In this document: in pieces, positions 29,018-40,000 of the stretch
How positions within the stretch are numbered: position 1 is the first letter of the stretch
How the letters are laid out: each line of letters opens with the position of its first letter
Assembly: GCA_963677495.2 (NCBI GenBank)
Contig: CAXXOU010000002.1
Coordinates: forward strand, 96,001 to 160,000
Direction: 5' to 3'
Length of the DNA: 64,000 bases
Origin: Candidatus Cloacimonadales bacterium
GTDB taxonomy: Bacteria > Cloacimonadota > Cloacimonadia > Cloacimonadales > JAFGVF01
Position numbers and translations under genes: made by a program
The notes under the pieces: generated by a model
Database searches by the model: none
The model's input: only the letters and a program-made list of their open reading frames with translations
What the model was told of the DNA's origin: nothing

Positions 29018-30580
29018 ATGAGGAAATTATTGATTTTACTGTTTATAGTATTGGTAGCATCTTTAGCAGGGGAGATGAATCAACTTAGGATTGAAGGAAG
29101 GGCAACAACTCCCAAAGGAGTCTTTATAGCTAAGGATTTAGTTGATAAGAATTTAGAACAAGCAGCGCTGATTATATTTCTTTCAGATATAGATACAGAT
29201 TTAGCGTTTCGACCCTCTAATGGGCTTGTTCGTAAAGTTGATAAGTCAACCCCCGGAAGGTATGAGGTATATGTTTCACCATCTGAGAAGCGAATCAGAG
29301 TTAACGCAATGGGATACACTGAGTTTGAAGTTGTTCTGTCTTCATACAATATTACAAACCTTGAAAGCGGAGAGGTGTATCAACACAATCTTACCGGTGA
29401 TGCGAAAGCTGTAGAGATACCTGTTATTATTACATGTCCTGTGAATGGAGCTGAGGTATATTTGGATGGCACTTTACAAGGTATTATTGAGGATAGAATG
29501 CTGCTGCTTAAGCATGTTGGACAAGGGAAACATAGAATAAGAGTCTCGTTAGATGGATACAAACCGTTTGAGATAAATGAGAGAATAACTTTGGATAATA
29601 ACTCGTTCAAAGTTGATTTGTTGTTCATACAAAAAGAGATTGTTACGATAAAATCAATACCTGTAGGTGCTGAGGTATATATAAACGGGGAGCATCAGCA
29701 AAATAAACAAACGGATACTGAAATCTCTTTGTTTCCGGGAACATATAACGTAACCTTAAAGAAGGTTGGATTTAACGACCTTGAAAGTGTGATTGATGTC
29801 TTTGAGGGTGATAAAAACATATATAGCTTTAACTTCACTGAACATGAATTTTACAATAGGGGTGAAGAGAGCTATTTTGATACGATTTACGATCTGGATA
29901 AAAAAGGGTTTGTTATGCAGGTCTCTTCACTGATTGGAGCATATAATCGATGGACAGGTAAGAAAGGACATTACACTTTTGCCAATCTGTTACTCACACC
30001 AGATGGACTGGGCTACCAAATACCTATGATTGCAAAAGTTTCGTTTATGGTTCCAAGAAAATCAGCTCAAACACTTCGTGCTTATTACGGTGGTCTTAGC
30101 GTGTTGGGTGATATTGTTTTAGGGGAAGATAGTTTGATATTGGATATCGTGTCATTGAATTTTGGTTATATGATTGCATCAAAAGATTTCAAGAGAAGAG
30201 TAATGATTGACTCAGAGTTTTTGGGTAAAGTTGCTTTTAACACTGTGGATGCCTTCAAAGTTAATGGTAAGGAAGTAAAGCTATATGACAATGTTAGGAT
30301 TGAGGATGGAGAGCTTAAGAAGGATGGAGTGTCACCTGTTGCTTGGGTACCGGCACATATTGCTCTGAAGTATGAGCATATGATTAAAGGCTCTTTTTGC
30401 TTGAGCGGAGGACTTGGGGCTTATTTACAGATATCATCTGAAACAGGTGATTGGTATGAAAAGGATGTGATTGAGAATTGGAACAATGCAGATGTACTTC
30501 CAGAAGCTTTTGATGAAGATCCTGACATTTCTGTTTACAAAACAATCATACCTTACATTAGTGTTGGAGTAAGGTTTTAA
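29018..30580 (+). CDS. PEGA-domain protein, possible C-terminal outer-membrane barrel
   Basis: Signal peptide; two GAEVY(L/I)(D/N)G PEGA repeats; terminal YISVGVRF. Confidence 0.75.
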   Translation: MRKLLILLFIVLVASLAGEMNQLRIEGRATTPKGVFIAKDLVDKNLEQAALIIFLSDIDTDLAFRPSNGLVRKVDKSTPGRYEVYVSPSEKRIRVNAMGYTEFEVVLSSYNITNLESGEVYQHNLTGDAKAVEIPVIITCPVNGAEVYLDGTLQGIIEDRMLLLKHVGQGKHRIRVSLDGYKPFEINERITLDNNSFKVDLLFIQKEIVTIKSIPVGAEVYINGEHQQNKQTDTEISLFPGTYNVTLKKVGFNDLESVIDVFEGDKNIYSFNFTEHEFYNRGEESYFDTIYDLDKKGFVMQVSSLIGAYNRWTGKKGHYTFANLLLTPDGLGYQIPMIAKVSFMVPRKSAQTLRAYYGGLSVLGDIVLGEDSLILDIVSLNFGYMIASKDFKRRVMIDSEFLGKVAFNTVDAFKVNGKEVKLYDNVRIEDGELKKDGVSPVAWVPAHIALKYEHMIKGSFCLSGGLGAYLQISSETGDWYEKDVIENWNNADVLPEAFDEDPDISVYKTIIPYISVGVRF

Positions 30581-30604
30581 ATCATCGTAGTTAGAGGTGT
30601 AATC

Positions 30605-31333
30605 ATGGATTTGATAAGAAAAGATAGATATGAAGTGCGTTCTTATGATACAGATTTTCAGGCAAAGCTGACTTTGCCTAAACTTTGTTTGTATTTTCAG
30701 GAAACAGCGTGGAAGCACTCTGAAGATTTGGGAGTAGGTTTTACTCATTTAACAGAACAAAACATGACTTGGGTACTTTATAAACTTATGATAGATATGG
30801 TAGTTTGGCCGAAGTGGGGAGACGTAATTGAGATTCACACATGGCCATCCGGTATGGATAAATTAATGTGCTACCGTGAGTTTCGTATTTATCTGAACGG
30901 TGAATTGATAGGTAATGCATCTAGCTCATGGATAGTAATTGATTTCGAAAGACGAAGACCTGTCCGAACCTCTAAATACTACAATAGTGAGATTGTTAAC
31001 TCTACAGAAAGCTACTTTGGTGATGCATTAGCACGTAAGATGGTCAATCCGGAAAGTTATGCTACATCTTCTATAGAGAAGGTTAAACTCCAGCATATTG
31101 ATGTTAATAATCATGTGAGTAATGCCTGCTATCCCACCTGGTGCTTAAGTTACTTCTCACCTGAGTTTATCAGCACTCATAAGTTAAGAACAGTAGAGAT
31201 GCAGTTCGTTGCTGAAGCGTTATACGAACAGGCACTGGAAGTTAAGATAGAAACTCGAGATTCAGATACATATCATTTGATAGAGTTTAATGGTAAAGAG
31301 CTCTTTAAAATGAAACTGGGGTGGATAGAGTAA
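30605..31333 (+). CDS. Acyl-ACP thioesterase
   Basis: VRSYDTD..FQETA, WVLYKL, HIDVNNHVSNACY. Confidence 0.9.
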   Translation: MDLIRKDRYEVRSYDTDFQAKLTLPKLCLYFQETAWKHSEDLGVGFTHLTEQNMTWVLYKLMIDMVVWPKWGDVIEIHTWPSGMDKLMCYREFRIYLNGELIGNASSSWIVIDFERRRPVRTSKYYNSEIVNSTESYFGDALARKMVNPESYATSSIEKVKLQHIDVNNHVSNACYPTWCLSYFSPEFISTHKLRTVEMQFVAEALYEQALEVKIETRDSDTYHLIEFNGKELFKMKLGWIE

Positions 31334-31352
31334 TAGATCTTTAGATAAAAGA

Positions 31353-31381
31353 AAAAAGGCTGGCATGATGCCAGCCTTTTT
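31353..31381. terminator. Bidirectional terminator
   Basis: AAAAAGGCTGGCAT-G-ATGCCAGCCTTTTT between convergent genes. Confidence 0.85.
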
Positions 31382-31397
31382 ATGTTTATACAAACTC

Positions 31398-31748
31398 TTA
31401 CAAAGAGATTATTTCATAACCCTGTGCGATGTATTGTACCATTGAAGGGTGCCCCATCATGTCACCGGATATTGTTAGTCCCTGCTTCTCAGCCTCTTCC
31501 AGAGTCCCCATCTTGGCAGCACATGCTTTGCAGATGCAGTCAAGAATACCTTTCTCTATAAGCTTCTTGTAAGCCTTATGGAATGGGCATTCCGGTTTAT
31601 TCAACTCAGTGATTAGTTTGGTAGCCTGACCTTCAATAATAAGACGAACATCATATCCCTTTTCATGCAAATCCAGCACATTCAACATACCATGAAAGAA
31701 GCACATCATCTCCCCATTAAAAGCAAATATAGCTATTTTACGATCCAC
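31398..31748 (-). CDS. DsrE-family protein
   Basis: LIIEG.AT, CICKACA..MG, GHPS. Confidence 0.75.
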   Translation of the reverse strand: MDRKIAIFAFNGEMMCFFHGMLNVLDLHEKGYDVRLIIEGQATKLITELNKPECPFHKAYKKLIEKGILDCICKACAAKMGTLEEAEKQGLTISGDMMGHPSMVQYIAQGYEIISL

Positions 31749-31815
31749 TTATTCCTCCTGTTAATGATTATATCATAAATCAATGTAGAGAATAGTCAAA
31801 CATTAAATAGATATG

Positions 31816-31842
31816 AAAAAGGCTGACCTACTGGTCAGCCTT
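31816..31842 (-). terminator. Terminator
   Basis: AAAAAGGCTGACC-tact-GGTCAGCCTT. Confidence 0.75.
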
Positions 31843-31862
31843 ATCGATTTGATTCTAAACTG

Positions 31863-34118
31863 TTATTTCATTACTGTCATTTTGTGGGTATACAAACTTT
31901 CCAGGATTCTCATCTTAACAAAGTAAATACCTGATGATACCTCTTTACCATTCAGGTTTTTACCATTCCAATGAAGTGAATGATTACCTTCAAGATAATC
32001 ATGGGTTCCAAAGTTATAAACAAGTTGTCCTTTGGTGTTATAAACCTTCACTTCTACATCACTATCTTTATTTAATGAGAACATAATGTTAGTTGATGGA
32101 TTAAAAGGATTAGGATAATTCCCAATTAGCTCTGTAGTTAGATTAAGTTGAGGGAGGTCTCCCGGATTCTCCTCCTGCTCCAACACTGCTTCAATTGGTC
32201 CAAACAAATTTGTAACACCATCTATCTCAACAGATTCTAACCAGTATGTATATGTATTTCCACCTTCAACTTCTTTATCTGTAAAGCTATAATTTTGTTC
32301 TGAAGAGTTGTTATGTGCCAAAATCGGATTAGAATTAATTCTAACAGCGTTTAGAAGGCTTGCGTTAGTAGCTCTTAGTAGATTGTAGTTGAGCAAGTTT
32401 GACTCTGATTCGGTAGTCCAATGTATCTGTACACCTTCAGTTTGTACAATACTAGTTGTAAATGAAGACAAGCTAATCGGCAGAGTTGAACCTTGACCAT
32501 TGTTTATTGCAAACTCTTCGACTCCTCGACCTGTTGAAGTATAGTAAAACGCAAAACTACCAACACCGAAGTCAGACATTGAACTAGTTGTTATATCTAT
32601 CCAATCTGTACCGTTCCAATGCACAATTTCATTTGGTGCTGAACTACCTCCAACATCTAATATAATGTGCGTTCTAACACCTTGTGGTAGATAGAGCTTT
32701 AAGCTCATTAAACACCTTGATGGTTGAGGTAAAGGATTGCTTGGTTGATCAGTGATTTGAATTTCTGATGAGAAATCGGATACTTCTGTTTCAAAGATAA
32801 GATCAAGCCAAGGTTCTTCATCTTCTCCATTTAAGTTAATAGTTGGGAAATCGATTCTACCTGATACTGCGCTGTTTACACCATTTACTTCAGAATAGAC
32901 AATAGCATCGGGAACAGTTGATGAGTCAACTGGCTCATCCATAACTGTAAAACTATACTCGATAGCAGTTTCAGTCTCTCCTGAACTGTTATATGGAATA
33001 GCTTTCCAATATACAGTTTCACTCCAGGTTGCTTGATTCAATCTACTATTATACATTTTATCTTCATCCCAATCAATACTCTCTAAAAATGTATTATTCT
33101 GATAAATATTGAAACCTGATGGAGCTCCTGTTCCTTCATATCGCCAATTGACTGTTACTTGTCTTGGCATATCTTGAGAAAGATCTATAGGAAACACATA
33201 CGTCGATGGAGCAGGTTGTGTGTAAAGACTGTATATATTATTATAGTTACCTGTACCTGCTTCATTAGAACCTTGTATTCTAACATAGTATTGGGTATTA
33301 TCGATTAGACTACTTACTGTTGTTGATGTATCAGAAATATCACTACCATTTAGAACAATGTTCGAGAAATCTATAGAATCACTTATCTGATAGTTCCAGC
33401 TTGTTATTCGATAATCGTTTGTATCAGTAAGAGTTATAGTGAAACCATCTGAGGTAGCATTTGATAATGATATTATCGGATTTACCGGAAGAGCATAATC
33501 CCACCACACATCAAGCTCTGCTTTGTAGAAGTCATAATCATCCTCAGCACCACAATCTACACAATCACCTGATTCAGAGTCAGAGTTATCAAAATTTCTC
33601 CATGTGTTTCTTGTAACTGTTTCTGAAAGGTTATAGTGAATATCGTAGGAATCATAACTGTAATAACTATCAGTACCGGAAACATAAGTATGAGTGTCAG
33701 TACCTTCATTTTCATAACCCTGAATTCTTACGTAAACATTGTCTTCATCCGAAAGACACATACCACTCCAACGTTCAGTTGCATTTTCTGGATGCCAGTT
33801 TCCATTTCTATAAGCTCTTGAGCCCGGGACATCTGCCACACTGATCCAACTAGGCCAATTGCTATTGTTAACAGTTGAGCTAACTTGACAAGTTAACTGC
33901 CAAACCGGATCGGCATTACCTTGAAAAAGATTTCGTTCCTTTGTTGTTGCAAAATAGTCGTCTGTCCTGATGTTGTAGTTAATGTAAACCGGATCAGCTG
34001 GATCATTAATTACAAGATTAACCAAGTCTGATCTCATCTGATCATCATTCAACGCTTGTATCCCGTAAACACAAAGAACAAGAGTAATTAAAATAAATAA
34101 TAGTTTAGTACTCTTCAT
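31863..34118 (-). CDS. Secreted protein with FN3 domains and FlgD-Ig/T9SS-like C-terminal domain
   Basis: Signal peptide; YYVRIQGSNEAG FN3; LPISLSSF; GNYPNPFNPST..VYNTKGQLV..WNG..SSGIYF. Confidence 0.8.
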   Translation of the reverse strand: MKSTKLLFILITLVLCVYGIQALNDDQMRSDLVNLVINDPADPVYINYNIRTDDYFATTKERNLFQGNADPVWQLTCQVSSTVNNSNWPSWISVADVPGSRAYRNGNWHPENATERWSGMCLSDEDNVYVRIQGYENEGTDTHTYVSGTDSYYSYDSYDIHYNLSETVTRNTWRNFDNSDSESGDCVDCGAEDDYDFYKAELDVWWDYALPVNPIISLSNATSDGFTITLTDTNDYRITSWNYQISDSIDFSNIVLNGSDISDTSTTVSSLIDNTQYYVRIQGSNEAGTGNYNNIYSLYTQPAPSTYVFPIDLSQDMPRQVTVNWRYEGTGAPSGFNIYQNNTFLESIDWDEDKMYNSRLNQATWSETVYWKAIPYNSSGETETAIEYSFTVMDEPVDSSTVPDAIVYSEVNGVNSAVSGRIDFPTINLNGEDEEPWLDLIFETEVSDFSSEIQITDQPSNPLPQPSRCLMSLKLYLPQGVRTHIILDVGGSSAPNEIVHWNGTDWIDITTSSMSDFGVGSFAFYYTSTGRGVEEFAINNGQGSTLPISLSSFTTSIVQTEGVQIHWTTESESNLLNYNLLRATNASLLNAVRINSNPILAHNNSSEQNYSFTDKEVEGGNTYTYWLESVEIDGVTNLFGPIEAVLEQEENPGDLPQLNLTTELIGNYPNPFNPSTNIMFSLNKDSDVEVKVYNTKGQLVYNFGTHDYLEGNHSLHWNGKNLNGKEVSSGIYFVKMRILESLYTHKMTVMK

Positions 34119-34149
34119 TTATTCCTCCTAATGTTTTCAAATTTATATG

Positions 34150-34166
34150 AGCAATGTAAGAGCCAA
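34150..34166 (-). promoter_or_regulatory. Sigma-54 (-24/-12) promoter for the 31863-34118 gene
   Basis: Minus strand TTGGCTCTTACATTGCT: GG-N10-GC, about 30 nt upstream of the start codon. Confidence 0.65.
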
Positions 34167-34317
34167 ACATAAGTAGGAATAAAGAGTTTTCTTTAACCTA
34201 CAAGTAGACATAGTTTTATAGAAAACGGATAATTAAATTGACAAAGGTTATATACTCTTAGAATTGCTAAAGATGGCGATATCGCTAGCGATAATGCTGT
34301 AAATAACGAAATCGTAG

Positions 34318-36636
34318 GTGTGTATGGATAGAATAAATGAGCTACTTCTAGCTCTTAAAACTGACGGTAAACTTGAGAAAATGTCTACTTATAAGGAACT
34401 GATCAAGTTGTCTATTAGGGAGAGACCACAACTTGTGTATACGAGTTTTGATAAGATGCATGAACTCTTTTGTGAAATCATTGAATTTGATCCGAACATT
34501 GGGAGGTCGGTTAAAAGTAATTATTCTGAAGCAATGAAGTATCTATTTAATCATATTAGAAGTTCCTCTGATGTAGAAGCATTTGATAAATACAAAGCCT
34601 TGTACAACAATTACAATGTTTATATTGATGATAATGTTGTAATAGCAGAGATTAATCAAGTTTTTGGTTATGTTAGCTGGCTGAAGAATGATATTCCCAA
34701 GGGTTTAGAGTATTTAAAAAGATCACTAGTCTCTATTAATGAAACAAGTTCTATGGCAGTACCTCAAAGGTATACAAATATTGGTTACCTATATGAGGAT
34801 CAAGGAGAGTATAAACTAGCAAAAGAATACTATATAAAGGGTTTAAAGTTTGCGAAAGTAAACAATTGTGATGATGCTTTAAAATTTGCATATGCTGCTC
34901 TTGGACGATTGAATCATAGAATCGGGAAGTACCTACTCTCGATTAAGTATTATGAGAACTGTTTGAGTATCTCTGATAGTAATGATGAATCTATAAACGA
35001 CATAAGTGTCAAATCCAATATTGCTATGAGTTATTATTGGCTTGGTAAGCATGAAAAAGCTCTTTCGATACTAATGGGAATAAAGAAAAAATGGGTGAAG
35101 CAGAGGGATCCAGAATTGTATTTCTCAATAGTTTCCAATATTGGATCATGTTATACAAGTTTTGATGATTTCGATGAGGCTTTGAAGTATTATCAAGAGG
35201 AACTGGTTTATGTTAAAAAGAGCAACATTACTTCTAAGTTTATTGGGGTATATCACAATATTGGCCATTGTTATTGGAGGTTAAGTAATTATTCAGCGAG
35301 TGTTGAAATGCTTGAGTTAGCTATGGAATATGCTATGAAGGGGACGAATGAAAGAGATATAATGCTTATAAATCAAACTCTTGGTAGTGTTTACTTTGAT
35401 ATGGGAGAGTTGGATACAGCATTGGATAGATTTCTAATTGCTGAAAAGATTAGTGAAGAGAAAGCTGATTACATGCTACAAGAGAGAATTAAGCACAAAA
35501 TTGCAAGGTGTTATAAAGAGCTTGGGAATCTTGAATCAGCTTATAGTACGTTGCTCGAAGAGATCGATATAGTTAAACGGTCCAGAGATGACATAATAAA
35601 ATCAGATGATGAAACTGATGCAAGTGATGTAGTAACTACTGGTTCCAGACAGCTTTATATTTATCAGGATAGTATGACCTTTCTATCTAAAGAGTTGATT
35701 GAAGAGATTGGTTTGCCAATAATTGGAAGAAGTAAAGAGATTAAAGAGGTGATCGATAAGGCTTTGCTGGCATCAAAGAACAATGCAAGTGTTTTAATAA
35801 CCGGTGAATCCGGAACAGGTAAAGAAGCAATTGCTAGATTGATTCATTATACTAGTGCTAGAACTTCAAACTCGTTCATTGAAGTAAATAGTGCTGTGTT
35901 CTCAGCGAGTTTAGCAATTAGTTCCTTGTTTGGTCATAAAAAAGGATCATTTACCGGTGCCACACAGGATCATATAGGCTTGATACAAGCATCAAATAAA
36001 GGAACTCTTTTCTTTGATGAAGTAGGAGAAATGCCGTTGGAGATACAAGCAATGTTGTTACGAACAATCGAGTCAAAGACAATAGCTAAACTAGGTAGTT
36101 CAAAAAATGAGAAAGTAGACTTCAGGTTGATTACAGCTACAAATCATAATATTCAGGAATCAACCGATAGATCTGAGTTTAGATTTGATCTGTTTCATAG
36201 AATAAACACTATTGAGATTCATATCCCTCCGCTACGAGAAAGAGTATCTGATATTCCACTTCTAGTTAAGTATTATCTTAACTATTTCTCACAAGAGTTG
36301 AATATTAATTGCCCTATTCTAACTCAAGATGCATTACAAAAACTATACTGCTATACTTATCCTGGTAATATTAGAGAACTAAAAAACATAGTTCACAGGC
36401 TACTTCTATTCAAGAAGAACGAAACTATCAAGGAAGATGACATTATTCTGCCTGATGATATTGTTTCAAACACCCAAGAATCTGTGATTAACCTAAATCT
36501 TGAAAGCAATGAGAGACAACTTATTACAATTGCGATGAATCAGACAAATAAAGTCATGACTGAAGCTGCTAAGTTGCTCGGGATCTCACCATACGCCTTA
36601 GCAAGGAGAATTAAGAAGTATAAGTTAGAATTTTAA
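34318..36636 (+). CDS. TPR-repeat sigma-54 enhancer-binding protein (AAA+ and Fis-type HTH)
   Basis: N-terminal TPRs; GESGTGKE, GSFTGA, FFDEVGE, FRFDLFHRI, YPGNIRELKN, AAKLLGIS. Confidence 0.9.
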   Translation: MCMDRINELLLALKTDGKLEKMSTYKELIKLSIRERPQLVYTSFDKMHELFCEIIEFDPNIGRSVKSNYSEAMKYLFNHIRSSSDVEAFDKYKALYNNYNVYIDDNVVIAEINQVFGYVSWLKNDIPKGLEYLKRSLVSINETSSMAVPQRYTNIGYLYEDQGEYKLAKEYYIKGLKFAKVNNCDDALKFAYAALGRLNHRIGKYLLSIKYYENCLSISDSNDESINDISVKSNIAMSYYWLGKHEKALSILMGIKKKWVKQRDPELYFSIVSNIGSCYTSFDDFDEALKYYQEELVYVKKSNITSKFIGVYHNIGHCYWRLSNYSASVEMLELAMEYAMKGTNERDIMLINQTLGSVYFDMGELDTALDRFLIAEKISEEKADYMLQERIKHKIARCYKELGNLESAYSTLLEEIDIVKRSRDDIIKSDDETDASDVVTTGSRQLYIYQDSMTFLSKELIEEIGLPIIGRSKEIKEVIDKALLASKNNASVLITGESGTGKEAIARLIHYTSARTSNSFIEVNSAVFSASLAISSLFGHKKGSFTGATQDHIGLIQASNKGTLFFDEVGEMPLEIQAMLLRTIESKTIAKLGSSKNEKVDFRLITATNHNIQESTDRSEFRFDLFHRINTIEIHIPPLRERVSDIPLLVKYYLNYFSQELNINCPILTQDALQKLYCYTYPGNIRELKNIVHRLLLFKKNETIKEDDIILPDDIVSNTQESVINLNLESNERQLITIAMNQTNKVMTEAAKLLGISPYALARRIKKYKLEF

Positions 36637-36719
36637 GTGTATTAACTTAGAGTTTTTTTAGAATGGTCGCATCGTAACTCCGTCGTTTCCTTTAATATGA
36701 TAGGTGATGCTAAGATGTT

Positions 36720-36784
36720 CCACTCGTGACCCACTCGTGACACTCTCGTGGAAACGCTCAAGTTATCCCCAAAATGTGCATAAC
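36720..36784. repeat. 11-bp-phased CTCGTG triplet followed by inverted DnaA-box-like pair
   Basis: CTCGTG at 36723,36734,36745; TTATCCCCA..TGTGCATAA. Confidence 0.55.
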
Positions 36785-37094
36785 TTATTTATCAGAGTAG
36801 CACATTTCATATTCAAGGGTAAGCCAAGGAGGTGACAAACTCATTTGTTGATAAAAATCAAAAAAAGAAGATAAATTGTGCTTGGTATGATGGTAAAACG
36901 GAATTTGTTGCTTAGAAATTTAGATCAGTATAAATAATTATTGACACCATTTATAAACTCGTCTCTTTTATTTGATATGAAAATTTAAAAAAAGTTATCG
37001 AAACTTGCCATTTATCCATACAGAGTAGAAGATGAATAACGTTTTGATAAAGGTGAAAAGTTTCATTTAAGAGTAAACTATGTGAGGTATCCAT

Positions 37095-40000
37095 ATGAGT
37101 ATAAATTGGAATAATATTAGAACACTAGAAAATTCACAAAATGAAGGTTTCGAGGAATTAGTCTGTCAATTAGCAAGAAAAGAAAACATTCCCAATTTAA
37201 AAAAGTTTATCAGAAAAGGAAAGCCAGATGCCGGTGTAGAGTGTTTTTGGATATTAGATAATGATGACGAAATCGCATGGCAAGCAAAATATTTTACTAG
37301 TAGTTTAGAAGATACACAATGGTCTCAAATAGATAATTCGATTCGAACTGTACTTGATAAACATCCAAAACTAAAAAAATACTATATTGCTATTCCCAAT
37401 GATCCACCAGATGCTAGAATTGAAGGGCAAACTTCAATGTTAGATAAATGGGATTCAAGAGTCACAAAGTGGAAGGGATGGGCTTTAGAAAAAGGACTTA
37501 CAGTAGAATTTATTCCTTGGTGGAGTTCTGATTTAATAGAAAGATTACAAAAGCCTGAGAATGATGGATTGACATACTTCTGGTTTAATAAAGAAGAATT
37601 TACCGATGAATGGTGCAAAGAACAGTCTGAACTATCTATTTCAGACTTAGGCAAAAGATATACACCCAAATTAAATATTAAATTAGAGATTTCAGAAATT
37701 TTTAATGGAATTTCAAGAGACAAAGACTTCCTTAATCAAGTCACAACTCTATTTGATGATTTTCTAATAATGGGTAAAAAAACTATACCAAGAATAGATG
37801 ATTTAGATTCTTGTTCTTCGGCTCTCAAAAAAGAGTTAAAGGCAATTCATGATCTGTTTAGTTCTACAGACTTTCAAGGAATAGAAACTTTACCCGTTAA
37901 TGAGTTTTTGACATCTATCGAAAACACAGATCAAATAGTAACTAAAATCAGAGATTCCTATTTAGAACAAGAATCTAAATTACAAACGAATCCTGATGAT
38001 TATCGCTATTATAAGAAGTTTGGCTCCGAGATAAGTCACATTAGAGATTTTGAGAATTCAATTTACTCACTATCAAGATTTTTAGAAGATACAACCATGA
38101 AACTTGCAAATCATCCTTTTTTATTATTGGAAGGAGAAGCGGGTATAGGAAAATCACATCTGCTTGCTGATATAATTAGTACTAGAACTAAAGATAATCT
38201 TGTTAGTCTTTTATTTTTAGGTCAACATTTTGTTACTGATGAAGATCCTTGGACACAAATATTCAAGAAGAATGATATTAATTGCTCTGTAGATGAGTTT
38301 TTAGGAGCACTAAACTCGAAGGCTCAGATTAGAGGACGAAGAATTATTCTATTTATTGATGCTGTTAATGAGGGCCGAGGTAAGTATTTTTGGAACAATA
38401 ACATTAAGAGTTTTCTTACCAAGGTTAAAAAATATAAATGGTTAGGCGTTGTAATGTCAATACGTACATCGTATTCAAACTTAATTTTTCCAAAGGATGA
38501 AATAAAAGAAGATGAAATCATTAGATATACTCATTATGGGTTTAGAAATCAAGAGTATGAAGCAACAAAACTTTTTTTCAATAATTACGGAATAGAACTA
38601 CCTAGCATCCCCTTGTTGCATCCAGAATTTCAAAACCCCTTATTTTTGTTGTTATTCTGTGAGGGTTTAAATAAAGCTGGTTATACAAAGATTCCTGATG
38701 GCTTACAGGGTATTACTGCTATAATAGATTTTTTTATAACAAGTGTTAATAATATCCTTTCAAAACCAACTCGATTAGATTATCCGAGAAGTATAAACAT
38801 TGTTAGAAAAGCAATAGAATCATTAATCGCATACAAAATTGATAATCATTTAAGGTATGTCCCTTTCGAGCAAGCATTTGTTTTATTTAACAAAATGTCT
38901 CATGAATTTAGTACAAAAAAAAGGGGCTTGATTGATGAGCTAATATCTGAAGGTATCCTTTCTAAAAACTTATTTTGGAATCCAGAAAAACGATATGAAG
39001 AGGGTGTTTATTTAGTCTACGAACGATTCGAAGACCATTTAACAGCTTCATATATCATTGATACAAATCCTGAAATAGAAGAAGCTTTTAAAGAAGGTGG
39101 TACTCTTTTCAATTTAGTTAAGGATGAGATATCTTGCAATATCAATAAAGGAGTGATTGAAGCTCTTACTATTCAAATTCCTGAAAAAAAAGGCAAAGAG
39201 TTTTATGAATATGTCCCTCATATCAAGGATAGTTATCCAATCATTGAATGTTTTGTGCAAAGTTTGTTATGGCGTAAAAATGAAACAACATCAAAGAAGC
39301 TCGTTGGGTATGTAAATTCTACAGTATTAAAATATCAAGGTACTTTTGATTTGTTTTGGGACACCATTTTATCAGTAACATCTACTCCAGATCATTACTT
39401 TAATGCATATTCATTGCATAATAATCTAATGGGATTTAGCTTGCCTGAAAGAGATGCATGGTGGACAATTTACCTAAAACAACAGTTTTATGATGGATCA
39501 CCAGTCAAAAGACTTATTGATTGGAGTTGGAATACAAATGATAAAAGTCATATCTCAGATGAATCAGTTAAGTTGACTTCAATAACTTTATCCTGGTTTC
39601 ATACAAGTACGAACAGAAAATTACGAGATTCTGCAACAAAAGCTTTAATATGTCTTTTGGAAAATAGAATTCATATTTTAATTGAATTGCTTAAGTTATT
39701 TGAAAAAGTTAATGACCCGTATGTATATGAGAGGTTGTTTGCTGTTGCATATGGCTGTTCCGTTAGAACAGAACAAACAGATAAACTAAGTGAACTGAGT
39801 AACTATATCTTTGAGACCATATTCAATGATGAAGTAGAAGTATACCCACATATTCTTTTAAGGGATTATGCAAGGGGAGTAATTGAATTTACTTATTATC
39901 GTGGTTATGATTTAGAGTTTGATATTTCAATGTCAAGACCACCATATAAAAGCTCTTTTATTGGTAGTTACCCAAAAAATGAAGAAATTAATGAGTTGTA

